Part shown: one piece after another, positions 9,609 to 20,579 of the stretch
How the letters are laid out: the number at the start of each line of letters is the position of its first letter
Position numbering within the stretch: position 1 is the stretch's first letter
Assembly: GCA_965218425.1 (NCBI GenBank)
Contig: OZ244621.1
Location: forward strand, 3,488,001-3,552,000
Length of the DNA: 64,000 nucleotides
Direction: 5' to 3'
From: an uncultured Candidatus Binatia bacterium
GTDB taxonomy: Bacteria > Desulfobacterota > Binatia > UBA9968 > CAXXLF01
Translations under genes and position numbers: made by a program
Notes under the pieces: model-generated
Told to the model about the DNA's origin: nothing
Database searches by the model: none
Seen by the model: only the letters and a program-made list of their open reading frames with translations

Positions 9609-10143
9609 TCATGGGGTTAAGGTGAGCTCGAAATTGACCTCCAACAACGATTCCCAGCTCGCTGAGCTATTGTTGCACCGGGAGGTGGAAAGCTTCCTGT
9701 TCGAAGAGGCCGAATTACTAGATCAGTGGCGGCTGGAGGATTGGCTCACGTTGTTTTCAGAGGACGCCAGGTATCTTGTACCCGCCACCGATACCCCGAG
9801 AGCGGATCCACGTAAGACCCTGGGACTGATCAGCGACGATATGGCGCGGCTTCGCTCGCGGGTGGAGCGTCTTAAGAGCCGGCATGCCCATCGAGAGTTC
9901 CCCTGGTCCCGTACCCGGCGCCTCCTTACCAACGTGCGCATCATCAAATGCGTTGGGAATGAGATCCACGTGACATCCTCGTTTTCGGTTTACCGAATTC
10001 GTAGCGGGCAGGTGGACCCGCTCATTGGCTCCTACGAGTACACCTTGAGACGCATCGAAGGATCGCTGAAAATTGTTTTTCGTAAGGCAATGCTTGACCT
10101 GGAGGCCCTGCGTCCCCATGGAACCATCAGTATTATTTTGTGA
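9598..10143 (+). CDS. Aromatic ring-hydroxylating dioxygenase beta subunit (start uncertain)
   Basis: EVESFLFEEAELLDQWRLEDWLTLF, SRTRRLLTNV; adjacent to alpha subunit. Confidence 0.88.
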   Translation: MAVDHGVKVSSKLTSNNDSQLAELLLHREVESFLFEEAELLDQWRLEDWLTLFSEDARYLVPATDTPRADPRKTLGLISDDMARLRSRVERLKSRHAHREFPWSRTRRLLTNVRIIKCVGNEIHVTSSFSVYRIRSGQVDPLIGSYEYTLRRIEGSLKIVFRKAMLDLEALRPHGTISIIL

Positions 10144-10158
10144 TAGGAGGCACCGGCC

Positions 10159-11340
10159 ATGATCACCAGAGAAGAAAATGAAATGTTGACAAGAGTTGGT
10201 CCGGGAACTCCTGCCGGAGAGCTGTTGAGACGCTACTGGCAACCCGTTGCCATTGCCCAGGAGCTTACCGAGGAAAACCCCACTAAATTCGTAAGAATTC
10301 TTTGCGAGAACCTCGTCCTCTTTCGTGACAAGACAGGAAGGGTGGGGCTCATTGAAGACCGTTGCGCTCATCGGGGGGCTTCACTGGTTTACGGGAGAGT
10401 AGAAGAGAGGGGCATCGCCTGCGCCTATCATGGTTGGCTTTACGATGTGAATGGCAATTGCCTGGAGACGCCACCGGAGCCTGCACAGAGCAAGTTCAGG
10501 CTTACGGTGAACCCAAAGGCCTATCCGGTGCAAAAACACGTTGGGTTGTATTGGGCCTACATGGGACCGGCCCCGGCTCCGGTGATTCCAAGATACGATG
10601 TTTGGGCGCGCAAAGACGGCACCCACTGGCTCCGCGTGCTCCCGCGCCTTGACTGCAACTGGTTCCAGGCAATGGAGAACTCCGTTGATACGTCCCACCT
10701 CCATGTCCTGCACGCAAACTTCCTTAGTGGCGGTAAAGTGATCAGCAATACAACCAGGGGCTCACTGGATGATCTAGTAAAGTTCGAGTGCTCTGAACTA
10801 CCCTACGGTATCATGAAGACACGAACCTTTACCGACGGAGAGGTCGAGGAGCATCCCTTGATCTTTCCCAACATCCTCAGGCAATCCAATCGGACTCAGA
10901 TTAGAATCCCCATAGACGATACCCGCACGTGGGTCATCTATGTCCATTTCGTCCCAAGCGATGATGGGAGCATTGTGGAAGAGGAAGAGGGGCTTGCCAT
11001 TGAGTACAAGGGCCCCTTCAAAGAACCCGCGGATCAACTGCACCCCTTTGCCAGTTATACGATGCGGGACGTGGACGCCCAGGACTTTATGGCCTGGGAA
11101 ACCCAGGGCCCCATCACCGACCGGACCGGCGAGCATCTGGCCACCTCCGACCGAGGTGTCTCCATGTTGAGAGAGATGTTCAAAAGAGAAGTTGGCAGGA
11201 TGCGGCAGGGCATGGATCCCATGAACGTGATCAGGGATCCGAACCATGCCATCATCGACACGCGGCTCGATCAATCCATGGAAGGTCAAAGGGCAGGGTC
11301 AGCCGCCTATCATATCCCCGAAGACAGGGTGAAGCTGTAG
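10159..11340 (+). CDS. Rieske oxygenase (phthalate 4,5-dioxygenase-like, alpha-only type)
   Basis: CAHRG...CAYHGW; ENSVDTSHLHVLH; QDFMAWETQG. Confidence 0.9.
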   Translation: MITREENEMLTRVGPGTPAGELLRRYWQPVAIAQELTEENPTKFVRILCENLVLFRDKTGRVGLIEDRCAHRGASLVYGRVEERGIACAYHGWLYDVNGNCLETPPEPAQSKFRLTVNPKAYPVQKHVGLYWAYMGPAPAPVIPRYDVWARKDGTHWLRVLPRLDCNWFQAMENSVDTSHLHVLHANFLSGGKVISNTTRGSLDDLVKFECSELPYGIMKTRTFTDGEVEEHPLIFPNILRQSNRTQIRIPIDDTRTWVIYVHFVPSDDGSIVEEEEGLAIEYKGPFKEPADQLHPFASYTMRDVDAQDFMAWETQGPITDRTGEHLATSDRGVSMLREMFKREVGRMRQGMDPMNVIRDPNHAIIDTRLDQSMEGQRAGSAAYHIPEDRVKL

Positions 11341-11534
11341 CCGTAATTCACACACTCGGTTGCCGGAAAAAGCCCTACACATTTTAAGTCCAATAAGTTG
11401 ATGGGTGAGAATAGAGCTACCGAGTCTGATCGTTTTGCTCTGGGGGCGAGGAAGAATGACTATCGGTCTTGCGCCCTTCAATGTATTTGGCCGGCACGGG
11501 TCTCAAAAATCCAATGAAGTTCAACTTCATCACT

Positions 11535-12628
11535 TATTGATCCTCGTATAATATAATGACATCAGAAAAGGCTGGACTGTTTCCAGAAGGCGGTAACGAG
11601 ACGAGGCCTGCGGCGCATTCGGCAAAGGGCCCGACGAGCATGGTGGCTGAGTTGAGCGAAGTCCTTGGCACAGAAGTTGGGCAGTTCATGATGCTTCCAG
11701 TATCCCCAGAGGTATTCGACGGGATTCAGTTCCGGTGCATAGGCCGGCAACCGTTCCAGCACCAACGCGCCTTCGGTAGCGGCAACAAAGTCCCGAACCA
11801 ACCGGCTCTGGTGGCTGGGCAGTCCGTCCCACACTACCAGCAGCGGCCCGGAAACATGACGCATCAAGTGCTTCAGGAATTCGATGATCTGGGGGCTCTT
11901 GATGGCTCCCGGATACACTCGAAAGTACAAGCGCCACCAGGTGACTCCGGCGATGGCCGACAGACTCTTCCAGTTGAAGTGATATTGCAGCACTGGCGTC
12001 TGTCCTCGGGGCGACCACGTACGATACCGATTCGGCCGCTCGCTCAGCCCGCTTTCGTCCACGAACACTATGGTTCGCCCCTCGTTTCGGGCTTTTTTTT
12101 AATCTCCGGCCAGCGCTTCTTCTTCCACTGCCGGATCGCCTCTTCATCTCGTTCCAAGGCACGTCCCGTCGGCCGCTGGCAACTCCACCCCAACTGCCGC
12201 AATATCCGCCAAACATGGCCCGGATGGTATGTGACTCCGCAGGCTTCCCCAATCAAGTGGGCCACTCGCCTTGCGGTCCACAGGCTCGTGTCGTACCCCA
12301 GCGCTTCGGGTCCCCGTTTCAAACCGCCCTCGATCTTCTTCAGATCCGCCGGGCTCAGTCGCGGCTTGCGTCCGGCACGCCCCGCCTGCTTGAGCCCGGC
12401 TCTGCCGCTCTCGGCCAACTGCCGCGCCCATCGATTCACCGACTGGCGGTGCACTCCCACCCAACGCGCCACCTCCGCCTCCGACAGCCCTCGCTTCAAC
12501 AGCCTCCCCGCCTCCATCCACCGCCGCTCCAATGCTTCAAAGTCCCGTCGCACTCCAAGTGGGTTTCCCATACCACCACTATACATTAAGTTCTTATCCA
12601 ATGTCATTATATTATGCGGCTCTCCATA
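11535..12628 (-). mobile_element. IS630-family insertion sequence, complete (coordinates include flanking TA)
   Basis: Imperfect ~28-bp TIRs (tattgatcctcgtataatataatgacat / tatggagagccgcataatataatgacat), TA at both ends, two-frame transposase. Confidence 0.9.
11562..12571 (-). CDS. IS630 transposase, HTH orfA + DDE orfB joined by a probable -1 frameshift
   Basis: A8 run at 12093-12100 (minus strand); FVDE, VWD, PAYAPELNPVE motifs. Confidence 0.88.
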
Positions 12629-12851
12629 AGGAGCCATTGCGATAAAACATCTTGGACGGATCAATGTGAAAGTTTGCCATGTATCGGACACAGCTTGGCC
12701 CAGGCGCTGTAAGGCTATAAGAAGGCTCAGCGAGGAGTGAGTCCATTATCGACTGAACTACAAAGGGCACTACGTCAAGCTTTCAACTGAGGTTGTGACG
12801 TTCCTGAAAACATTGTTGACCCGTGCTCGTGGATTCATAGAAAGGCAAATT

Positions 12852-14279
12852 ATGGCGGATCAAAGCTCTCCAACCGGTATGATTATTGAGGAAGCCACCA
12901 TCCAGGAATTCAAAGCAAACCAGCGGGGTGGAGTAATCCATCCTGGCCATTCGGAGTACGATGCCGCGCGGCGGGTGTGGAATGGCATGATCGATAAGCG
13001 GCCCGCGCTCATAGCTCGTTGTGCCGGCGTGGCCGATGTGATGAACGCGGTGAACTTCGCCCGCGCGCACAATCTGCTTGTCGCGGTGCGGTGCGGAGGA
13101 CACCATCCCGCCGGATATGGGGTCTGTGACGGTGGTCTCGTCATTGATCTGAGACCGATGAAGGGGATGCGGGTCGATCCCGTCAAGCGAACGGTTCATG
13201 CCCAAGGAGGGCTCTTCTGGCGGGAATTTGACCGTGAGGCGGCGGCCTTCGGCCTAGCGACTCCGGGGGGAAATGTCTCCGACACGGGTATCGGCGGACT
13301 GACTGTTGGGGGCGGCATCGGACATATAAGCCGCAAATACGGCCTCACCTGCGACAATCTCTTGTCGGCGGACGTGGTCGCTGCCGACGGCCAGTTTCTC
13401 ACAGCTAACGCTCATCAAAACGAGGATCTGTTTTGGGGCGTTCGGGGTGGTGGGGGGAATTTCGGAATTATCACTTCCTTCGAGTACCGGCTTCACCCTG
13501 TCGCCCGGGTGCTGAGGGGTTGGGTCGGCTATTTCCTGGATCAAGCCAAAGCCTACCTCAAGTTCCTCCGCGAGTACGTTGTGACGGTCCCGGACGGTCT
13601 TGGCCTCAGCATCTTTTTTGTGACCCCACAGCCCGGATCCTACCTGCCGCAATCTGTTCATGGGAAGATCATCATGGCTGCTGTGGTCTGCTTCACCGGC
13701 CCAATGGACGAAGGCGAAAGAGTCCTGAAGCCGCTCAGGACTTTTGGCTCGCCTGCTTGCGACACGGTCACTCCAGCCCCGTATCTGGTGCTCCAGGGTT
13801 CCGTGGATCCTTTGATGCAGGCGAGTCTCAGCTACGAAAAATCGGTCTATCTGAAAGAACTGAGCGACGATGCCATCGAGGTGTTGGTTGACCAGGCAGC
13901 CGCCATGACATCGCCGTGGTCTCATCTACATTTCGTGCTCATGGGCGGCGCGATCAGCCGTGTCGCGGACGACGAAACCGCGGTCTGCCACCGGCAGGCC
14001 GCATACGATTGCTACATCCTCCCGCACTGGAAGAATCGTGAGGAGTCAGGCCGACATATCGAATGGGCGCGCGCGACCTGGTCGGCACTACAGCCGTTCT
14101 CAGCAGGCGGCGGATATCTGAACCGGCACGTAAGCGAGGACGAGGGGGAAGTCAGGGCCGTGTACGGCCCCGCAAAGTACGAGCGGTTAGTTGCGCTCAA
14201 GAACAAATATGATCCAACGAATTTATTTCGCGTGAACCACAACATCAGGCCGTCGGTACGGGACGTGGGAGGCGGGTAA
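12852..14279 (+). CDS. FAD-linked oxidase, berberine-bridge/6-hydroxy-D-nicotine oxidase family
   Basis: RCGGHH covalent-FAD motif, DLFWGVRGGGGNFG, KNKYDPTNLF. Confidence 0.9.
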   Translation: MADQSSPTGMIIEEATIQEFKANQRGGVIHPGHSEYDAARRVWNGMIDKRPALIARCAGVADVMNAVNFARAHNLLVAVRCGGHHPAGYGVCDGGLVIDLRPMKGMRVDPVKRTVHAQGGLFWREFDREAAAFGLATPGGNVSDTGIGGLTVGGGIGHISRKYGLTCDNLLSADVVAADGQFLTANAHQNEDLFWGVRGGGGNFGIITSFEYRLHPVARVLRGWVGYFLDQAKAYLKFLREYVVTVPDGLGLSIFFVTPQPGSYLPQSVHGKIIMAAVVCFTGPMDEGERVLKPLRTFGSPACDTVTPAPYLVLQGSVDPLMQASLSYEKSVYLKELSDDAIEVLVDQAAAMTSPWSHLHFVLMGGAISRVADDETAVCHRQAAYDCYILPHWKNREESGRHIEWARATWSALQPFSAGGGYLNRHVSEDEGEVRAVYGPAKYERLVALKNKYDPTNLFRVNHNIRPSVRDVGGG

Positions 14280-14559
14280 TTATGACAACCTACGTGAACG
14301 GACTCCAAGGATGTATATATTGCCAGTTTGTTGACAGAAAGGTTTGATTTACATATCGTGTCAGTCAATCTTCCCATTCATTCCAGGAGGACCCTTGATG
14401 TAAATTATAGATGCGGACCGCGCACGTCGAGGAATCGGTCCATCCCTGGGAGCATCTCGATCCCATCGCAGGAACTGACAAGCCTGCCGTCGCGGCTTTC
14501 GGATCTAGATCTTTTCGGCATGCCAGGGCAGCGGCGGGCGGTCTCACAGACACGTGAAC

Positions 14560-14700
14560 GCTCCCCGAAAGGAATTCCCAATTCCCCCGGGACGGTTTAC
14601 GCGGCCAGAGAACACTGCAAACTGCGCTCTCTACCTTGCGTCTGACGACGCAAGCTATGTTACGGGGTCAGGTGTTTGTCGTGGTATGGTGGGAATTCGG
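14560..14700 (+). pseudogene. Short-chain dehydrogenase/reductase C-terminal remnant
   Basis: IPPGRFTRPENTANCALYLASDDASYVTG then frameshifted GQVFVV. Confidence 0.65.
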
Positions 14701-14961
14701 TACGATGAGTCCCTGTGTCCCCGGCTAAGGCGGATCGTATCTCATCGAAGGCGTTGTTAGATAAAATTCAAACGCGGAAGAAGACATATGACCGCGGGGA
14801 TGGTGAAGCAGAGGAGGGACTGATTCAGGCGCAAATATTCGGGTCAGCGTCGTCTGTGGTTCCTGGAGCGGCAACCCGTTCACGAACCATATCCGAGCGC
14901 CCTTGCTCGAGCTGATTGAGGCAGACTTTATGGGGGGTTTCGAGAAGGAGGCAAATCTCGT

Positions 14962-16044
14962 ATGGTCATAGATTCAGACGCCCACGTCGAAGAGTGCGTT
15001 GATACTTGGAGCTACCTCGACCCCGAGTTCTATCCGTTGCGTCCCATTCCGGTGGTGTTCCCGCAGGACACCTGTTTCGGCGAACGGAACGCCGCCTGGG
15101 TGATCGATTACAAGCTTCGCCACTTCGCCGCCACACCGGCCATGTCCAGACAATCGCACGAAAAAGGGGTGTCGATCCCGGTACAGGAGATGAAGGATGT
15201 GAGCCAGAGGCTTGCATGCATGGACGAGCTGGGCATCGACCTGCAGGTAGTGTTCCCGTCCGCGTGGTTGGGGTGTCTCGCGGAGAACGTGGAGCTGGAG
15301 GCGGCTCTGGCGCATAGCTACAATCAGTTCATGGCCGCGCAGTGCAAGCAGTCGGCGGGTCGGCTGCACTACATCGCCGTGGTGGCGTGGCGCCGTCCGG
15401 ACCTTGCGGTTCGGGAGATCCGGTGGGCGAAGGAGCACGGATGTGTGGTGGGGATCTTTGCGCGCGGTCTCGAATGGGACATGCCGCTCAGCCACCCATC
15501 CCTGCCGCCTATTTTTCAGGAAGCTGAAGGAATGGATTTACCCATCGCGGTGCATGTGGGCAACGGATCGAGCCCAACTATAAGCCGTATGTTCGAAGGG
15601 ATCCCGAGGCCCCACGGTGGCTCCTTTCCACATCCATTGGGAAGCGGGTTGATCAGTGCCCCTTATGTGCTCCACGCCTTCCAGCAGATCCTGGGATCGG
15701 GGCTACTGGATGAGTTTCCTAAACTGCGCGTGGGGTTTTTAGAGGCCGGGGCGGATTGGACGGTTCGTCTGGTCAAGGGGTTACGCGAACGCAAGGGCGC
15801 GAAAGTCGACGAATGGCTTGGTGAGCGGGTCTTCGTCTCGTGCAGGCTCGACGACGAGTTGCCATTTATCATCAGCAAATTAGGGGATGATTTTCTGATC
15901 ACGGCCACCGATTTTCCCCACGGAGACGCGAACCGGCAGGATCGTCTGGCCGACGGATTGCATGCACGGGGCGATCTCGGACAGGGGGTCGTGGAAAAGA
16001 TACTGTCCGACAACCCTCAGCGCCTGTGGGGCACCGGAAGATAA
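14962..16044 (+). CDS. Amidohydrolase_2 family protein
   Basis: IDSDAHV, AVHVG, FLEAG, TDFPHGD. Confidence 0.88.
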   Translation: MVIDSDAHVEECVDTWSYLDPEFYPLRPIPVVFPQDTCFGERNAAWVIDYKLRHFAATPAMSRQSHEKGVSIPVQEMKDVSQRLACMDELGIDLQVVFPSAWLGCLAENVELEAALAHSYNQFMAAQCKQSAGRLHYIAVVAWRRPDLAVREIRWAKEHGCVVGIFARGLEWDMPLSHPSLPPIFQEAEGMDLPIAVHVGNGSSPTISRMFEGIPRPHGGSFPHPLGSGLISAPYVLHAFQQILGSGLLDEFPKLRVGFLEAGADWTVRLVKGLRERKGAKVDEWLGERVFVSCRLDDELPFIISKLGDDFLITATDFPHGDANRQDRLADGLHARGDLGQGVVEKILSDNPQRLWGTGR

Positions 16045-16072
16045 GAAGTGATTCCTATGGAGGAATCAGTTC

Positions 16073-17212
16073 ATGGGTTCATTCAAGGCCAAGGGGGGCC
16101 ATAGTCATGAGGAAATCATGGACGTAATCGATGCCGACGCACATGTGATGGAGTCGTCTCAAACCTGGCAGTATCTACAGCCGGAGTTTAACTCCAGGCG
16201 GCCCATTCCAGTGACGGTGCCCACGGATACCTCCTTCGAATGGAACAATGCCTTTTGGGTTATCGATCAGAAGATACGCCACGTGGGTGCAACCCCCACG
16301 ACGGCAAAGCGCGCGGAGACCAAAGGAGTTGAGGTCCCGTCACAGGAGATCACGGACGTGCACGCGAGGTTGACCGATCTCGACCGATTCGGTATCAAGA
16401 AGCAGGTGATTTACCCTACCATCTGGATGGCCTGTCTCGCCGAAGATCCGGAGCTGGAGATTGCTCTGGCGCGTAGTTACAACGAGTTCCTGTCACGGCA
16501 GTGCAGCCAATCGGGTGGCAGGTTGTGGTACGCGGCGGTGATCCCGTTTCGTTGTCCCGACATGGCCGTGGACGAGATCCGCCGGGTAACCCGATTGGAC
16601 GGGGCCGTGGGGATATTCGCCCGAGGGTTGGAATGGGATAGGCCCCTGAGCCATCCCTCATTTCATCCCATCTTCGAGGAGGCCGAGCGACAGGATCTAG
16701 CCATCACGGTTCACATCGGTCGCGGCAGCCCGACCCTCAACGCCATGTTTGAAGGAATTCCTAGGTTACCCGGGGAACCCTCGCATCTGCCTCCGAGATC
16801 CTCCAAGCTGGTGAGTTCCCTCACCTGCCAGTATGGTTTTTACAGCATCCTGGAGTCTGGTCTCATGGATGAGTTTCCCGGTCTTCGATGCGTCTTTCTG
16901 GAAGCTGGGTCAGAATGGATGGTGCCTGCCCTGTCAACCTTGGGCCGTGGTGGGAAAGGCCATCTACGGAGACTCTTTGACGAAGGGCGTATCTTTGCGT
17001 CCTGCGAACCCGATGAGGATCTTACGTACCTTGCCGGCAAGCTCGGGGATGGATGCTTTGTGGCGGCCAGCGATATTCCTCACGGGGACCCGGCGCGACA
17101 TGAACTTGTGGAGGAGGTGTTTCGTGGACGAGGAGACCTCTCGGAGGGTTTCCTGGAAAAATTACTATGGAAGAATCCAGCGATGCTGTACCGGAGAATG
17201 GGGGAGAGTTAA
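16073..17212 (+). CDS. Amidohydrolase_2 family protein (start may be downstream)
   Basis: IDADAHV, TVHIG, FLEAG, SDIPHGD. Confidence 0.88.
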   Translation: MGSFKAKGGHSHEEIMDVIDADAHVMESSQTWQYLQPEFNSRRPIPVTVPTDTSFEWNNAFWVIDQKIRHVGATPTTAKRAETKGVEVPSQEITDVHARLTDLDRFGIKKQVIYPTIWMACLAEDPELEIALARSYNEFLSRQCSQSGGRLWYAAVIPFRCPDMAVDEIRRVTRLDGAVGIFARGLEWDRPLSHPSFHPIFEEAERQDLAITVHIGRGSPTLNAMFEGIPRLPGEPSHLPPRSSKLVSSLTCQYGFYSILESGLMDEFPGLRCVFLEAGSEWMVPALSTLGRGGKGHLRRLFDEGRIFASCEPDEDLTYLAGKLGDGCFVAASDIPHGDPARHELVEEVFRGRGDLSEGFLEKLLWKNPAMLYRRMGES

Positions 17213-17336
17213 TGGTTTGCTGGATACCTCCATCAATGGCCAGAAGAAGAATTGAGGAGCACGGAGGTGGTTCTTATCTACCTGGGCGAGACGGCGGAGT
17301 CCTGTTCCGGTATTTGGGACGCGAAAAGAGCAGGCC

Positions 17337-18422
17337 ATGTTAGTCATTGACGCGGACGCTCACGTGGAAGAAGGTGTCGAGACCTGGAAGTATCTTGATC
17401 CTAGGTGGCACCTGTGGCGCCCCTTTCCGGTAGCCTTTCCCGGTGACACGGTGTTCGGTAGCCACAATGGCGCCTGGATCATCGAATTCAAGATGCGCTT
17501 GGTCGGCGGTACGCCTACGGTCATGAAACGCGCACAGGAGAAGGGCGCCACCGTACCTGCGCAGGAACTCACCGACATTGACAAGCGGCTGGAGTACATG
17601 ACGGCGCAGGGCATAGACAAGCAAGTGGTTTTTCCCACTCTATGGCAAGGGCCGGTGGCGGAAAACGTCGAGCTGGAGGCTGCGCTGGCATGTAGCTGGA
17701 ATACCTTTATGGCCACTCAATGCGGCAAATCGGAGGGGCGACTTTGGTTCGTGGCGGTGGTGCCCTTTCGACGCGCCGACCTGGCGGCGGAGGAGTTACG
17801 CCGGGTGAAACGGTTGGGTTCGGTGGCCGGAGTCTATGCCCATGGGATGGAATGGGACATGCCGCTTAGCCATCCGGCCATGTGGCCCATCTTTGAGGAA
17901 GCGCAACGACAGGACTTGCCCATCATGGTCCACACCGGGAACGGTGCCCCTTCCATCAGCCGAATCCTGGAGGGCATCCCCCGGCCAGACAAACAGCAGT
18001 TCCCCCAGATCAACCCCTGGGGAGCCGGACTGTCGAGCGGGCCGTTGTACGCTTTTCAACAGCTGTTGGGATCGAGCCTCATGGATGACTTTCCGCAATT
18101 GCGCCTCGCGTTCCTGGAGACCGGTTCCGACTGGACGCCCCGCCTGGTGAAGATTTTGCGCCAGCGTAAAGGGAACAAGATCGACCAATGGATGGGTGAT
18201 CGTGTTTTCGTTGCCTGCGCTGTTTATGACGACCTGCCCTACAATATTGGCAAGTTGGGGGATGATTTCCTCGTTGCCGCTTCGGACTTTCCTCACGGGG
18301 ATGCTTTTCGCGAGGATCATCTGGCGGTGCGTCTGGACAAACGGGGTGACCTAAAAGAAAATACAATCCAAAAGATACTTTCGGATAACCCACGACGTTT
18401 GTTCCAATTCCAGGGAAGCTGA
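17337..18422 (+). CDS. Amidohydrolase_2 family protein
   Basis: IDADAHV, MVHTG, FLETG, SDFPHGD. Confidence 0.88.
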   Translation: MLVIDADAHVEEGVETWKYLDPRWHLWRPFPVAFPGDTVFGSHNGAWIIEFKMRLVGGTPTVMKRAQEKGATVPAQELTDIDKRLEYMTAQGIDKQVVFPTLWQGPVAENVELEAALACSWNTFMATQCGKSEGRLWFVAVVPFRRADLAAEELRRVKRLGSVAGVYAHGMEWDMPLSHPAMWPIFEEAQRQDLPIMVHTGNGAPSISRILEGIPRPDKQQFPQINPWGAGLSSGPLYAFQQLLGSSLMDDFPQLRLAFLETGSDWTPRLVKILRQRKGNKIDQWMGDRVFVACAVYDDLPYNIGKLGDDFLVAASDFPHGDAFREDHLAVRLDKRGDLKENTIQKILSDNPRRLFQFQGS

Positions 18423-18446
18423 TGGTCCCACGCTAAGGAGGTTTTT

Positions 18447-19514
18447 ATGGAGACGAGAGTGATCGACGGTGACGGTCATGTTTTGGAGGACAACTCACTA
18501 ATCGACTACTTTGATGCCTCGTGCCGGAGCGGAGAGTTTCGGTTGAGTTTCGATCGACTGTTCCCCTCTTTAGACTTTCATCACATCGGGGGACATACCA
18601 CGCGCAACCCAGCCGCGTTCGGAGGTGGCAAGCCTGTGGGACCTAGCGAATGGTTGGAATTTATCGAGCTGGCGAATATCGAGGCTGCGGTTCTCTATCC
18701 CACAAAAGGTCTTCGCATCGGTAACATCAGCCATCCGGACTGGGCCTGTTTAGTGGCGCGGGCCTACAATGACTGGCTATACGACCAATACCTCAAGAAA
18801 AGCCCACGATTGAAAGGGATGGCTCTGATTCCAATTCAGGACGTAAGCGAAGCCGTAAGTGAACTTCGACGAGCCGTGACCCAGTTGGGGATGGTGGGGG
18901 CGATGCTGCCGTCGCGGGGCAATCTTCCATTAGATCTCGGGCACAAGAGTTATTGGCCCATTTACGAGGAGGCCGAACGTCTGGGGTGCGCACTGGGAGT
19001 CCACGGCGGATGTCACCATGGAATGGGACTCGACTCCTTTGAGACATTTGTTCCGATTCATGCATTAGGCCATCCACTGTCCCTGATCATTGCTTTCACC
19101 GGGATTGTCTACCACGGTGTCTTGGACCAATTTCCGCGGCTGCGGGTGGGCTTTCTCGAAGGTGGGGCCGGTTGGGTTACTTTTTGGATTGACCGAATGG
19201 ATCGTTCCCATGAGTATTTCATGGAATTGAACCTTCTCGGGAAGTATCAAGGACCTTCCGCGAGCCAGAAGCCGAGTGATTACCTCAAGAGCGACCGGGT
19301 TTTTGTCGGTTGTGAAGGCAACGAGGAAGGCCTCGCCTATCAGGTGGAGCGCGCCGGCAACGGTCACTTTCTTTTCGCCAGCGATTTTCCCCACGAGATT
19401 GGTCCCCAGGACATTCTGCATGAGATTCAAGAAATCCGGGAGTTTCCTGGCCTCAGTGAAAATGACAAAGCAGCTATTTTGGGAGGCAACGCAAAACGGT
19501 TTTATCAAATTTAA
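18447..19514 (+). CDS. Amidohydrolase_2 family protein (more divergent)
   Basis: IDGDGHV, GVHGG, FLEGGAGW, SDFPHE. Confidence 0.88.
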   Translation: METRVIDGDGHVLEDNSLIDYFDASCRSGEFRLSFDRLFPSLDFHHIGGHTTRNPAAFGGGKPVGPSEWLEFIELANIEAAVLYPTKGLRIGNISHPDWACLVARAYNDWLYDQYLKKSPRLKGMALIPIQDVSEAVSELRRAVTQLGMVGAMLPSRGNLPLDLGHKSYWPIYEEAERLGCALGVHGGCHHGMGLDSFETFVPIHALGHPLSLIIAFTGIVYHGVLDQFPRLRVGFLEGGAGWVTFWIDRMDRSHEYFMELNLLGKYQGPSASQKPSDYLKSDRVFVGCEGNEEGLAYQVERAGNGHFLFASDFPHEIGPQDILHEIQEIREFPGLSENDKAAILGGNAKRFYQI

Positions 19515-19539
19515 CGCTCATTCATCATAAGGAGGGAAT

Positions 19540-20517
19540 ATGACTGTTCTAGTAACCGGTGGTTGCGGGCTAGCAGGATCTTTTGCGGTCCGACAAGCTG
19601 TGGAACGTGGCGAACGGGTGATCGCATTCGACATTGCAATCAAGACCGAGCTGCTACAAGACATTGCTGAGAAAGTTACCTTTGTCAAAGGTGATATTCT
19701 CAATGCCTCAGAGCTGATGAGCGCCGTAAGCAAGTATCGGGTGGATCGCATCCTTCACCTCGCAAGCATGCTTACTCCAGGGGTCTATGAGCGTCCTTAC
19801 GCAGGCGCTAACACCATTGTCATGGGGACGATGAACGTGCTCGAATGCGCACGCCTGTTAGGTGTTCAACGAATGGTATATCTCAGCACTGGGAAGACCA
19901 GACGGACCGCGGCTCTCTACGGGCAATCGGCATCCACTGGAGGCCTGGCCCTGGAGGCCGACCCCTACACCAGCGCCAAAGTGGCCTGCGAACTTTTCTG
20001 CAATGACTATCGTAAGCTCTACAACCTCGACATAGTTATCTTGCGCTTCGCGCAGCTCTTCGGACCTGGCTATGGTTTCGCAGGCGTGATGGGCCAAAGC
20101 CTCAAAGACGTCGTTGAGAAACCTCTTCGCAATGAACCAGTGAAGTTGACCTCGCTGTCCGGTTCTGTGCCAGGAAGGGAAGGGCCCGTCTCCACCGCAC
20201 CTGTAGGGTGCCTCTACGCACGCGATGCCGGGGAAGGTGCGATGAAGGCGACCCTGGCAGATAGACTCAAAGACTACGTTTTTCGCATCCAGCCCAAGGA
20301 ACAACTAACCCTGGGCGAGGTGGCAGATCTGCTCATGGAGCTCATTCCCGGTGCCAGGATCGATGCACCCCGTGGGCCTGAGAAAGGCGGTCCGTTGGAG
20401 CCTGACCCGTTGGCCCAGGAGCAGTTTGGCTACACTCCAGCATATAGTGTCCGCCGCGGCCTTAGGGAATACATAGAATTTCTCAAGACCGGTCGATACC
20501 GCCAGCTCCCGGATTAG
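19540..20517 (+). CDS. NAD-dependent epimerase/dehydratase (extended SDR)
   Basis: VTGGCGLAG, YTSAK (YxxxK). Confidence 0.88.
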   Translation: MTVLVTGGCGLAGSFAVRQAVERGERVIAFDIAIKTELLQDIAEKVTFVKGDILNASELMSAVSKYRVDRILHLASMLTPGVYERPYAGANTIVMGTMNVLECARLLGVQRMVYLSTGKTRRTAALYGQSASTGGLALEADPYTSAKVACELFCNDYRKLYNLDIVILRFAQLFGPGYGFAGVMGQSLKDVVEKPLRNEPVKLTSLSGSVPGREGPVSTAPVGCLYARDAGEGAMKATLADRLKDYVFRIQPKEQLTLGEVADLLMELIPGARIDAPRGPEKGGPLEPDPLAQEQFGYTPAYSVRRGLREYIEFLKTGRYRQLPD

Positions 20518-20579
20518 GAGCTGGACGCAATTGTCACCCAGTCCAGATTACTTGGGAAGGAACATTAGGCACAAAAAAT

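Noticed and set aside
11556..12629. 357-aa plus-strand ORF spanning the IS
   Set aside because: It lies antisense to the IS630 transposase frames, which carry the real motifs.
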